Translations under genes and position numbers: made by a program
Virus record (IMG/VR): IMGVR_UViG_3300022897_000007
Coordinates: 1 to 39,612 of that record
DNA length: 39,612 bases
DNA from: a virus
Taxonomy: Duplodnaviria > Caudoviricetes
Direction: 5' to 3' (one strand)
The notes under the pieces: generated by a model
Told to the model about the DNA's origin: nothing
Database searches by the model: none
The model's input: the letters and a program-made list of their open reading frames with translations, nothing else
In this document: in pieces, positions 18,169 through 26,853 of the stretch
Position numbering within the stretch: position 1 is the stretch's first letter
Layout of the letters: each line of letters starts with the position of its first letter

Positions 18169-20566
18169 CCCCTTCCGTATCCCAGATAGCTACGACCGTG
18201 CCCCGGCACCGCTCCCCGCCGAGGCAGTCCTTGAACCCGCCACGCGGATAGTCCTCTTTGGACGCCTCAAGCGTGGCGTACATCTTGCCCTCGACCTTGC
18301 GGCACTTCGTACAAGTGTTGCTGTCCAACACTTCCGACGCGAAATATGTTGCTGTCGGTGCCGCGTCCAAAGTGGCCAGACGGCCAGCGTTCTGCGCCGC
18401 CGTCACCGCACCACCCAACGCCTGCGCAGGCTGCGCATCAGTCAAGCTGTCCAGGTGCTCACGCACACCCGCCGCGACCGCCGCCGCGTCCGTGTTGCTA
18501 CCGGCCAGCCGCAACGCCGCCGCCCCCGCCGACACCGCCAACGCCGCACGCATCAACCCGGTGGTGACCTGCGCCTGCGTCTCCAGATCGGCCTTGTCCG
18601 GCACGACCTTGTCGACCTTCACGCCCTGCTCTTTGGCCTCACGCACCACCGCGGCCGCGCCCGTCGCAGCGACCGCGACCAGACCAGCCGTGAGTGCCGC
18701 CGCCGCCCCACCATCCGGCGTGATCAACTCCAGCAGCGCGTCCAGATCCCCCGCCGCGATCGCGTCCTGCACCTGCTTCGCAAGACCCGCGTACTGCTTG
18801 TCCAGGATGCCCGGCCACTTCGCCAACAGCTTGTCCAGCGCGGCCTGCCAGTCCTCACCCAGCTGGGTCAGATCCACATCATCCGCCGGGGACGCGGCCC
18901 GCACCGTCGGGGTGGCCCGGCCGGCCGGCTGTGGATCCGTGCTGGCCGGGCCGTCGTTCCCCGCCCCCGGGGAAGTGGGTGGGGGTGGCGGCACCGGATC
19001 CACCTTTGTTCCCGGTGCCGCCTCGGGGGCTTCCGGATCATCACCGTCGGGGGGTACGGGTGACGCCGGCCGCGGTTCCGCATCCTGCCACGCGTTCACG
19101 TCGATGTCCGCTCCAGCGTCGACCAGGATCTGCCGGCCCTCGATCGGGGTAAGCAGGCTGTTGCCCTTGACCGAGAGGTACAGCTTCTGTGCCGTGGCCG
19201 CGACCGCGGCCGGGTCGCCTTTCTTCGTTTCGTCCAGCTCACCGGTCGCAGGCTTGGCCGGCTCGGCAGCCTTGTCATCCTGCTGCTCGTCGTCGTCATC
19301 GGGCTCAGCGGGCTCGGCCGGCTGCTCGACGACCACGATCCGGGTCAGCTTCGGCAAGCCGACGAACGCGCACGCCTCGTCCCAATCCACCCCGGACGCC
19401 GCCAACGCGTTCGCGTCCTCGATCTTCGCCTTACGCTCCGCCCGATCATCCGCCTTATCCGACGGCACCGGGTTCTCATAACACAGTTTCACCGTCTTAC
19501 CCGGCGGCCCGAACAACTCCCGATACGGCCCGTTCGCCAGCTCCGCCCACTCCTCCAGATTCGGAACCAATTCATCCTTCGCGAACGTAGAATCCGCCGC
19601 ATACGCATTCGCCAAATTCACGTTATCGCTAATACCCATTTTATGCTTGTGAATACGGAACCCTTCCAGCACCGCATCACGCGTCAAACCACGGATCTCA
19701 GCGAACTGCATATCCTTCATGTTGAACTGGCGCTGAACGAACTTCCCGTACTCCAGGATCGCGATCCTGTGCGCCTTGTTCACACCCCGGTGCTGCTCGT
19801 TCCACCGCTTCCGCAACCGGTTGTATTCCATGTCCGGCAAGCCAGTAGGGATTTCCAGGATCCCTCCCGGGGAGGCGTCGTTGTCGAAGAACCGCGCGAT
19901 CCACTGCTCACTGGTGAGCGACACACCCAGCGTCGTCCCCAGCGTCTGCACCACACCCAGGCCACGATGCGGGTCCATCGGATGCGGGAACGTCATCCGC
20001 ATCACCTCGGCCAGCTCCAGCGGGATCTTCGTCCCGTCCGGCGCCACATAGATGTAGCCGACCAGGAAGTCATCCGGATCCGGCACCGGCCACATCCGGT
20101 CCGGACGCACCGGCCACCACGCCCGCGGCGTACCCACCCCCGGCTTGCCGAGGAAGTCCATCACCGCCCACGCCTCACCCACCGCGCGGTAGTGCCACGT
20201 CATCATGGTCCGGGCGAACTTGCCCGTCATGAACTTGTTCGGCTTCTGCCACAGCTTCACCGCCAGCGACTGCTCACCGGTCACCCGGGGTGCGTCGCTG
20301 TCCGGAGTGGGGTTGATCTGCTCCCGCTCGCCGTACCACTTCACCGCGGCGGTGCTGCCCGCGATCAGCTGCAGCACGGAGAACAGGGTGGATTCGCCGG
20401 TGGTGAGCTTGAGCTGTGACTCTTTCCCCGACGCGCCGAACAGGCGGTTACCGACCGAGTGCCGTTCGGCTTCGTAGGTGTAGGGGACCGGGGGTCCAGA
20501 GTCACCGCCACCGGCGGGGGAGGTGGCGGCGTAGCAGTCGACCAGGTCACCCAGCAGCGTCATCAA
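18152..20566 (-). CDS. Portal protein fused to MuF-like head morphogenesis domain
   Basis: KPNKFM, PVRPDRM, FFDNDASPGG, KDMQF HK97-type portal motifs; C-terminal SEVLDSNTCTKC..CLGGERCRG MuF-like motif. Confidence 0.88.
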   Translation of the reverse strand: MMTLLGDLVDCYAATSPAGGGDSGPPVPYTYEAERHSVGNRLFGASGKESQLKLTTGESTLFSVLQLIAGSTAAVKWYGEREQINPTPDSDAPRVTGEQSLAVKLWQKPNKFMTGKFARTMMTWHYRAVGEAWAVMDFLGKPGVGTPRAWWPVRPDRMWPVPDPDDFLVGYIYVAPDGTKIPLELAEVMRMTFPHPMDPHRGLGVVQTLGTTLGVSLTSEQWIARFFDNDASPGGILEIPTGLPDMEYNRLRKRWNEQHRGVNKAHRIAILEYGKFVQRQFNMKDMQFAEIRGLTRDAVLEGFRIHKHKMGISDNVNLANAYAADSTFAKDELVPNLEEWAELANGPYRELFGPPGKTVKLCYENPVPSDKADDRAERKAKIEDANALAASGVDWDEACAFVGLPKLTRIVVVEQPAEPAEPDDDDEQQDDKAAEPAKPATGELDETKKGDPAAVAATAQKLYLSVKGNSLLTPIEGRQILVDAGADIDVNAWQDAEPRPASPVPPDGDDPEAPEAAPGTKVDPVPPPPPTSPGAGNDGPASTDPQPAGRATPTVRAASPADDVDLTQLGEDWQAALDKLLAKWPGILDKQYAGLAKQVQDAIAAGDLDALLELITPDGGAAAALTAGLVAVAATGAAAVVREAKEQGVKVDKVVPDKADLETQAQVTTGLMRAALAVSAGAAALRLAGSNTDAAAVAAGVREHLDSLTDAQPAQALGGAVTAAQNAGRLATLDAAPTATYFASEVLDSNTCTKCRKVEGKMYATLEASKEDYPRGGFKDCLGGERCRGTVVAIWDTEGDGDGA

Positions 20567-20820
20567 CCACCGGCCTGCGGGCGCATGGTGCCCTGACCGA
20601 AGGTCGGAAACGAGGGACGGACGGAGACGATCACAGGGTCAGGATCCGGCACGCCGGTCGTGACCCGGTTCAAGACACGCGCAGCAGTTTCGTCACTGAC
20701 GCCTTCCGCGCGCATCGCGGTCACGAACTCGTGGGTCGCGGACTGCAGGGTGTCGAGCATCTGCTTGCGGATCCACGCGACAGTGTCGGCTGGTGCGGCG
20801 GCCGGGTCCGGGCCGGTCAT
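20563..20820 (-). CDS. Hypothetical protein
   Basis: ATG at 20820 overlaps upstream stop; stop overlaps portal start. Confidence 0.6.
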   Translation of the reverse strand: MTGPDPAAAPADTVAWIRKQMLDTLQSATHEFVTAMRAEGVSDETAARVLNRVTTGVPDPDPVIVSVRPSFPTFGQGTMRPQAGG

Positions 20821-21137
20821 CGCTCGGCCGCGCGTTCCGCCGCCCGGCGCTTCGCCGTCCACAACACCTTGAACTCCACCACCGGCACCGACAGACCGGC
20901 CGCGATCCACCCCGCCCACACCTCGACCTGGAACACGCCGTAGGTGATCAGGCCACACATGACCAGCGTGCCGAACACCTCGGCAAGCACCAGGCTTGCC
21001 CGTGCCAGCACGCCCGGCCCTCGGGGGACCGGGCGGCCGGCGGCACGGGCGCGCGCCTCACGGGCCTCACGACGCTCGGCACGCGACCCAAAGACAGATT
21101 CCACCAAAGACTCCGGTTGTCGGGGAATTGCCACCAC
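20817..21137 (-). CDS. Small membrane protein between terminase and portal
   Basis: Two hydrophobic segments; GTG after GAGGGG RBS. Confidence 0.6.
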   Translation of the reverse strand: MVAIPRQPESLVESVFGSRAERREAREARARAAGRPVPRGPGVLARASLVLAEVFGTLVMCGLITYGVFQVEVWAGWIAAGLSVPVVEFKVLWTAKRRAAERAAER

Positions 21138-21139
21138 GA

Positions 21140-22714
21140 TTACCCCTCCAACCACAAGTCACGATCACGGAACCGGACACCCAGGTCCCTATCAGCCACA
21201 AGATACCTCACGCAATCGGCCCCGTGATCATCCACTTTCAACGGCGATTCCTTCTCAGCCTTACCATCGGCCGCCGGCTCCCACACGTAACCACCGAATT
21301 CCTCAGCCGTGCACTGCGGCTTACCCGCCGCCTTCAACGACTCATCCCGCTCCACCAACGAATCCGGCAAAAGCACCAGACCCGGCCGGCCGTTCCCGGC
21401 CACCTCCAACCGCGCCTCGACCGCCTGAATCCCCTCGGTCACCGTCTTCCTAGCGGCAGTCGTGCCCATGCCGAGATGCGCCGTCAGGGTCGCGCGGCCT
21501 TCTGCATCGTGGTCGCAGATGATCGCCTGCGGCTGCGGCTCCGTCCACACCAACAGACCCTGCTCCAGCGCGTCGGCTGGCTTCTCCCGCGTGAACGCCA
21601 CCTGCTCCCGGGTCAGCTTCAACCCCGGCCCGATCCGCGTCACCAGCTTCAAGATCTGCCGAGCGTGATCCTCGACCAGCCGCTTGGTGTGGTAGATCTC
21701 CCGGTACAGGACCAGCTGCCCGTCCGGGTCCTGCGCCCACCACTGGCACACGAACGGATTCTTGTACCCGAAGTCGACCACCCAGAACCGCGGCCACTCA
21801 GCCGGGATCTTCTTCGGCCGCTTGTCCGGGATGTGCACCGCCGGATCCCAGTTGTCATAGACCAGCCCATCCGCCGCGGTCCACAGCCCATGCCTGAGGC
21901 GCTGCTTGCGGACACCGGTCAGGTTGTCCAGGCGGCCGAGGTACGACACCCCAGCTTCGGTGATCCGATACAGGCGGCCTTCGTGCTCCTCGACCACACC
22001 CGGCTGCAGGTCGGTCGAGCCGGTGGCCGGGCCGAGGTCTTCGAAGTAGCGGGGGTTCTCCCAATGCTGTGCATACAGAATGCTGGTCAAGCCCTCATCG
22101 CAGCGCTGCTTCAACCAATGCGTCGGCCGATCCGGGTTGCAATCCGCGATGATCTGCTGAAACGACACCGCCCCGTTACGCAGACGGCTGGTGAGGAACT
22201 CCCAGTCCTTCGGGACCAGCTCCGTCGCCTCACCCACATACACCAGGTCGACCTCGGCACCCATGACCTTGGTGACGTTGTCCAGCCCGGTCAGGAAGAT
22301 CTTGGAGCCGTTCGCGAACCGGTACTGCTCCGGCTCGCTACCGGACCCGCCGTAGTAGACGCACAGGCCGCCCGCGATGGCCTCGACTGCGACGTGCTCA
22401 CGCCACGTCTGCAACGTCGTCGACGTCAACGACTTGTGGGTCTTGCGCGCGATCAGGCCCACGAACGGCCGGTGCTCGACCACCTTCCCCGCGCTGTCGC
22501 GCACTGGCCCGCCGTCGGCCGCGGTGCGGACCTTCCCGTTCAGCAGCGCCATCAGCAGCAGCTTCTCGAGACAGGCCCGGGTCTTGCCGGGGCCGGCCGG
22601 GCCGGACACGAGGACTTCGTTGTCGCGGCAGTTGAACAGGCGCAGGGCGCTGCCGCGGGGTGTGTATTCGTGCCGGAGTTCGTCCTGCTCGGCTGGCGCG
22701 ACGGTGACGGTCAT
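21140..22714 (-). CDS. terL: Terminase large subunit (PBSX-like)
   Basis: Walker A GPAGPGKT, Walker B-like VYVGEATE, DCNP, VDFGYKNP nuclease motif, DDHGADCVRY. Confidence 0.93.
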   Translation of the reverse strand: MTVTVAPAEQDELRHEYTPRGSALRLFNCRDNEVLVSGPAGPGKTRACLEKLLLMALLNGKVRTAADGGPVRDSAGKVVEHRPFVGLIARKTHKSLTSTTLQTWREHVAVEAIAGGLCVYYGGSGSEPEQYRFANGSKIFLTGLDNVTKVMGAEVDLVYVGEATELVPKDWEFLTSRLRNGAVSFQQIIADCNPDRPTHWLKQRCDEGLTSILYAQHWENPRYFEDLGPATGSTDLQPGVVEEHEGRLYRITEAGVSYLGRLDNLTGVRKQRLRHGLWTAADGLVYDNWDPAVHIPDKRPKKIPAEWPRFWVVDFGYKNPFVCQWWAQDPDGQLVLYREIYHTKRLVEDHARQILKLVTRIGPGLKLTREQVAFTREKPADALEQGLLVWTEPQPQAIICDHDAEGRATLTAHLGMGTTAARKTVTEGIQAVEARLEVAGNGRPGLVLLPDSLVERDESLKAAGKPQCTAEEFGGYVWEPAADGKAEKESPLKVDDHGADCVRYLVADRDLGVRFRDRDLWLEG

Positions 22715-22779
22715 CGCAGCTGTTTGCAGAGGCAGTTGGTCCAGTCACAGTCCACTGTGCACTCTTTGTCGCTCATCAT
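22711..22779 (-). CDS. Cys4 micropeptide A, 22 aa (MMSDKECTVDCDWTNCLCKQLR)
   Basis: ATGA overlaps at both ends (upstream gene stop; TerL start); AAGGA RBS; paralogous to 15682-15753. Confidence 0.75.
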   Translation of the reverse strand: MMSDKECTVDCDWTNCLCKQLR

Positions 22780-23147
22780 TGATCCTTGTCGTCGTGCTCG
22801 GCCGGGTCCGGTCGGGCGATGCTGATCTCCGCGCCGTTGTCCACGATGATCGCCTTGTGCTCGGGGAACACCCGCTCGAGCCGGGCGAGGAACCTGTCTT
22901 GGTCTCTCTCGTTGCCGGCGTCTCTGACCTGGACGACGATGACGTCGCCGGGTTGGAGGCGCATGATCCGCACCGACTCGAACCCCGGCTCATCCGGTTC
23001 GCACATGTGCGCAGTCCCCACCAGAACGCCCGTGCCGCACTTGCACCGCTCGTACAACGGCCCATCCACGTCGCGCGGGTCGGTGCCGCTGCCGCGTTGC
23101 AGCCGGATCGGTGGCTGCTGACGTGGGCTGATCATTCCGTCAGGCAT
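22776..23147 (-). CDS. Hypothetical protein
   Basis: CKCG..HMC plus LQPGDVIVV domain; coupled at both ends. Confidence 0.6.
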   Translation of the reverse strand: MPDGMISPRQQPPIRLQRGSGTDPRDVDGPLYERCKCGTGVLVGTAHMCEPDEPGFESVRIMRLQPGDVIVVQVRDAGNERDQDRFLARLERVFPEHKAIIVDNGAEISIARPDPAEHDDKDQ

Positions 23148-23440
23148 CAGATGAACTCCGTTCCAGTCGCCTCAACCCACGCAATCGAGTCCTGCCCATA
23201 CCCATCCCGCAGCAGAGCCAACGCAGCCTTGAGCGTGTGCGGTGTCTCGGTCGCGATGGCGATGCACGCGTTCTGGTATGAGGAGCTGGGCTCGGACACC
23301 CAGTCGCCGTACACCTCGCTGGCCGCTTTCGCCATGCACTCGCGGAAGCTGTGCAGGTAGTTCGACCATGCGGCTTGGGTGAGCTTGTCGTCGCTGTTGC
23401 CGATCGACGCATAGACCACGGTCAGCTGTTTGTCAGGCAT
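23147..23440 (-). CDS. Hypothetical phage protein
   Basis: VYASIGNSDDKLTQ..QNAC..QDSIAW; GGGAG RBS. Confidence 0.7.
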   Translation of the reverse strand: MPDKQLTVVYASIGNSDDKLTQAAWSNYLHSFRECMAKAASEVYGDWVSEPSSSYQNACIAIATETPHTLKAALALLRDGYGQDSIAWVEATGTEFI

Positions 23441-23774
23441 TCGTCATCTCCCTGATCATCACTCTGGCTGGCGCCATCCCGCAGTCGTCCAGCACGCACC
23501 GGTTCTCCGGCAGGCCCAGCCACACCGACCCCGGCCAGCCACACACCGCCTCATGCTCGTGCTCACGCAGCACGGTGCCTGACGCGCGCGCGATCGGCTC
23601 GTGCTCGGCACAGGTCGCCACACTGACCGTGCCGTAGTGGCCGGGGTCCTGGATCATCAGGTGCCGGACAGCTGGCTTGGTGCAGCGCGGGTCGGCGGGT
23701 GACCGGCCGTGGAACAGGCAGCCGCCGTCTGAGGCGTGCATCGGGTCGGCCTCGGCACCGATGTGCGGCCTCAC
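23433..23774 (-). CDS. Cys/His-rich hypothetical protein
   Basis: GTGA overlap at 23771-23774; several C/H ligands. Confidence 0.6.
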   Translation of the reverse strand: MRPHIGAEADPMHASDGGCLFHGRSPADPRCTKPAVRHLMIQDPGHYGTVSVATCAEHEPIARASGTVLREHEHEAVCGWPGSVWLGLPENRCVLDDCGMAPARVMIREMTNA

Positions 23775-24061
23775 GACAGGTTCCCGAGGTCGTGGCACAG
23801 CGTGTCCGGGATCCGGTACTGCCAGATGACCTCGGCACTCGCGCTGCTCCCCACACGGCCCACCCTGGTCACCTCAGGGCCACGCTCCAGCACGTTCAGG
23901 CTGTGGATGGGTTCCTGAGGTCCCAGCGGGTCGCCGATCATCCTGAGTCGAGCGTCGACCTCTGTGGTGGTCATCGGGCGGCAAGCAGCCTTGAGCACGG
24001 CGAGGATGGCTTGTCTGGCGAGCTGGGCGCGTTTCTCCGGTGGTCGTCCGTAGGTGGTCAT
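23771..24061 (-). CDS. Putative winged-HTH protein ending in DLGNLS
   Basis: AILAVLKAACRPMTTTEV..SLNVLER..VTRVG..IWQY wHTH-like pattern; ATGA start. Confidence 0.55.
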   Translation of the reverse strand: MTTYGRPPEKRAQLARQAILAVLKAACRPMTTTEVDARLRMIGDPLGPQEPIHSLNVLERGPEVTRVGRVGSSASAEVIWQYRIPDTLCHDLGNLS

Positions 24062-24333
24062 GAGAGGTTCCCGAGGTCGACGCCGCCCACCATCGCTCGC
24101 AACCGCGTGAGCGTGGCCGAGTCCAGCCGCTCCACTTGCCGGCCGTACTTCCGCGGCGCAGGATGCGGCAGCGTGCCCCGGTTCCTGGCCAGGCCGCAAC
24201 AACCAGCGCACATGCCATATGACGCGCGCCGGACATACCTCTGCTCGCGCAGGGTGGCGAACCGCTTGTACGCCTCGTACTGCACGGTGAGACGGCCGCA
24301 GTCGATACACGGAATGATCACCACCCTCATCAC
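24058..24333 (-). CDS. Zn-finger protein ending in GVDLGNLS
   Basis: CIDC and CAGC pairs; basic composition. Confidence 0.6.
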   Translation of the reverse strand: MMRVVIIPCIDCGRLTVQYEAYKRFATLREQRYVRRASYGMCAGCCGLARNRGTLPHPAPRKYGRQVERLDSATLTRLRAMVGGVDLGNLS

Positions 24334-24554
24334 GCACCGCCCTTAGCCAGTTCGTGCGCGGCCCAAGACAGCGCATCAGCCACCAGCGCCACCTGCCGGA
24401 GCTTCTCCGCAGGCATCCAGTCGATCGCGGCCACGGCCTGGTCCAGATCGGCCTGAAGCAGGTAACCGATGGCGCCTTGTGCGTGCCGGATGATCCCGGC
24501 CTGTTCACCACCGCCGCGCAGTCGGCGAATGGCATCCGCGTGTGGGTTCGTCAT
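24330..24554 (-). CDS. Hypothetical protein
   Basis: ATGA overlap with TerS stop; GTGA overlap downstream. Confidence 0.6.
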   Translation of the reverse strand: MTNPHADAIRRLRGGGEQAGIIRHAQGAIGYLLQADLDQAVAAIDWMPAEKLRQVALVADALSWAAHELAKGGA

Positions 24555-25027
24555 GACAGGTTCCCCAAGTCCACGCCGTTCACCTGGTAGGTGATCTGGC
24601 CGTTCACCGTCACCTGAGCTGGCGCGTTCGTCCCGTTCAGCTTGGCCTGCGCCTCGATCGTCGCCCGCAGATCCCGCAACGCCTGCATCTCAGGGCCGGA
24701 GTCCCGCAACGGCTGGCCTTCTGTGTCGCGCACGATCTCGCCGCCGGAGATCGTGACGTGATCCCGGTCCGCGATCTCCTCCAGCCGCGCGAGGACCATC
24801 TCCAGCCGCGCGTTCTGCTGGGCACGCATCTCGGATACGGCCAGCTGAGGAGCCGCGGCGACCGTCTTCCAGTACATGGTGTGCGCGTTCTGTTTGGTGA
24901 TACCGAAATGCTCGCCTATCTCGGCGTAGGTTTTCCCGGATTCTTTGAGGCGAACGATCTCGGCGTTGCGTTCAGCGAGTTGTGATGGCGTCAAGCGGTC
25001 TTGGGTCAACGCGTCGTCGGTGGTCAT
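24551..25027 (-). CDS. terS: Terminase small subunit (HTH type)
   Basis: N-terminal HTH (GKTYAEIGEHFGIT), helical middle, AKLNGTNAP, C-terminal ITYQVNGVD strand; first large gene upstream of TerL. Confidence 0.75.
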   Translation of the reverse strand: MTTDDALTQDRLTPSQLAERNAEIVRLKESGKTYAEIGEHFGITKQNAHTMYWKTVAAAPQLAVSEMRAQQNARLEMVLARLEEIADRDHVTISGGEIVRDTEGQPLRDSGPEMQALRDLRATIEAQAKLNGTNAPAQVTVNGQITYQVNGVDLGNLS

Positions 25028-25139
25028 GGCCCCTCGCTGGTGTGTCTACGGGTGGTGTGACTTTGCAGTTTCGCCAGTCGCCGTATCCGGCTTGGCGCCA
25101 GATTTCGGCTGCGCTGGTGAGTTTCAGTGTGTGGGTCAT
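24972..25139 (-). CDS. Possible 55-aa ORF upstream of TerS
   Basis: Strong GAGGGGAG RBS before ATG 25139 (MTHTLKLTSAAEIWRQ...), but overlaps TerS start by 56 nt. Confidence 0.35.
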   Translation of the reverse strand: MTHTLKLTSAAEIWRQAGYGDWRNCKVTPPVDTPARGHDHRRRVDPRPLDAITTR

Positions 25140-25189
25140 GGGCTCCCCTCGTGTGTGACTGTGTGTAGTGGTTGTGGGTGGTGGTGGTG

Positions 25190-25356
25190 GGTTTGTGACA
25201 GGGGATAGTTACAGGTGACGCCGTGTCTGTAACTGGGTAACTACTGTCACTTCTGTCACTAAGGGTCACTGTCTGTTATACCCTGTCACCGTACGTTAGA
25301 GTTAGTTACATAATTACAGTTGTTACATATAAAATGTCTCCAGAGAGCTGTAACTA
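25190..25356. other. Putative replication origin (iterons plus AT-rich segment)
   Basis: Dense GTGACA/TGTCAC/GTTACA/TGTAAC hexamers in both orientations; very AT-rich tract ~25295-25340; directly after helicase. Confidence 0.65.
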
Positions 25357-26853
25357 AGGGGCGTCACTTTCATCCGGTGGCAGTGTGTAGTTGCCGCGCA
25401 GGGGTGAGGTCAGCTGACCACGGTCTGTCATGCGGCGCAGGAACTGCCGCACCGTGCCCGGCTTCACGTCGTCCAGTTCATCGGTGATGGCCTTCACCGG
25501 CACCAGGCCGTTCTGCTGTGTCACAAACTCGAGGATCCGCTCGACCACCTCGCTGTTGGCCTTGGCCGGCCGCTTGGGTTCCATCACCGACGCGATCGAG
25601 CGGGTGTCTTCTCCGTCCCACACCACCCGGCTGGTGGTGATCGAGTCCAGGACGCCGGGCTGGTCGGACTCGACCTCGATCGTGACCTGGATGATCCGGT
25701 AGGCCATCGAGGGCTGTTTGGGGCCGAGGTTGGACTTGACGTGCCCGAACAGGTACCGGTCTTCGTGTTCGTCCTCGGGGTCGACGATGCAGTACAGGAC
25801 GCTGCGCGCGACGGCGGTGAACGCGCGGGAGGCCATGATGGAGTTGAGCGGGTCGTGGCCGCCGGACTTGTTCACGTGGATCAGGCCGAGCACGGACACG
25901 CCGGTGGTGGAGCAGAACTGGGCCAGCGGGTCCAGGACGGTCCGAACCTCTTTGTCCTTGTGGGTGTCCACCCCGCCCGGGATCACCGACATGAGCGGGT
26001 CGAGCACGATCAGCGCGATGTCGTGGGTCACGCACAGGGTCGTGAGCCGGTCGAGGTCGCCGGGCACGCTCATGGTGGTCGAGTAGCCCTCGACCGTCCG
26101 CGCGTCGATCTGGAACACCCGCGACCGATCCGCTCCGGCCGCGTGCAGGCGGGGAAGGATGACCTCTTCCCAGGCGTCCTCGGTGGCCACGATCCCGACC
26201 CCGCGCGGACTGCCGTAATACTCTCCCGCCAGCCGCCCGGTGGTGAGCTCACCGATGATGTCGTAGCTGGTGGTGGACTTCCCGATGCCCTCCCGGCCGG
26301 TCAGGAGAGTAATAGCGCCCAGCGGGATCCGCAGGTGCATCAGCCACCGCGCGGCGCGCATGGGGCGGCCGGCGGCGGTGATGGCGTGCAGGGCACGGCC
26401 GTTGGTGGGGCGTTCGCCCTGCATCGCGGCGGCGAACACGGCCAGCTCGTTCTGCAGCGCGAGCAGCCGCGAGTCGCTGGGCTCGGCACCGGCGAGCTGG
26501 GTGAGGCGTTGCCCGGCCTGCATCATCCGACGCCCGTTCGCCGCCTGCAGCACCCGATCGGCCGAGGCTTCGGCCATGGCGCCGGTGATGCCGTAGGAGA
26601 ACAGCTTCAGCAGGTACGGCCCGGCGTCGGGGTAGCCGAGGCGTTCCAGCTCGTCGCGGACGGTGTCGGGGTTGATCTGCTGGCCACGTGAGTGCAGGGT
26701 CAGGATCGCGGCGTGCACGCGCTGTTTCGGGCCGGGCTGGAAGTCGTCGGTGGCCAGCCTGCGGGCGGCGGTGACACCGTCGGGTCCGTTGAGCGCGGCC
26801 GAGAGTACGAACTCTTCGGCGTTGACGTCCTCGGGGGGCAGGGTCGTGGTCAT
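25354..26853 (-). CDS. Replicative helicase/RepA-like ATPase (DnaB-N-like, AAA_25, C-terminal wHTH)
   Basis: PPEDVNAEEFVLSA DnaB-N-like start; GREGIGKST Walker A; LIVLDPL Walker B; HVNKS, KSNLGP; ATGA start. Confidence 0.85.
   Translation of the reverse strand: MTTTLPPEDVNAEEFVLSAALNGPDGVTAARRLATDDFQPGPKQRVHAAILTLHSRGQQINPDTVRDELERLGYPDAGPYLLKLFSYGITGAMAEASADRVLQAANGRRMMQAGQRLTQLAGAEPSDSRLLALQNELAVFAAAMQGERPTNGRALHAITAAGRPMRAARWLMHLRIPLGAITLLTGREGIGKSTTSYDIIGELTTGRLAGEYYGSPRGVGIVATEDAWEEVILPRLHAAGADRSRVFQIDARTVEGYSTTMSVPGDLDRLTTLCVTHDIALIVLDPLMSVIPGGVDTHKDKEVRTVLDPLAQFCSTTGVSVLGLIHVNKSGGHDPLNSIMASRAFTAVARSVLYCIVDPEDEHEDRYLFGHVKSNLGPKQPSMAYRIIQVTIEVESDQPGVLDSITTSRVVWDGEDTRSIASVMEPKRPAKANSEVVERILEFVTQQNGLVPVKAITDELDDVKPGTVRQFLRRMTDRGQLTSPLRGNYTLPPDESDAP

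Noticed and set aside
21140-22714. Intein in TerL
   Set aside because: Insertions are only about 20-30 aa and lack C/S...HN splice motifs
23138-23440. Two adjacent genes both starting ATGCCTGAC (MPD)
   Set aside because: Nine-base match is too short to distinguish from chance
25190-25356. CRISPR array
   Set aside because: Repeats are hexamers in both orientations with irregular spacing; no repeat-spacer periodicity and no cas genes
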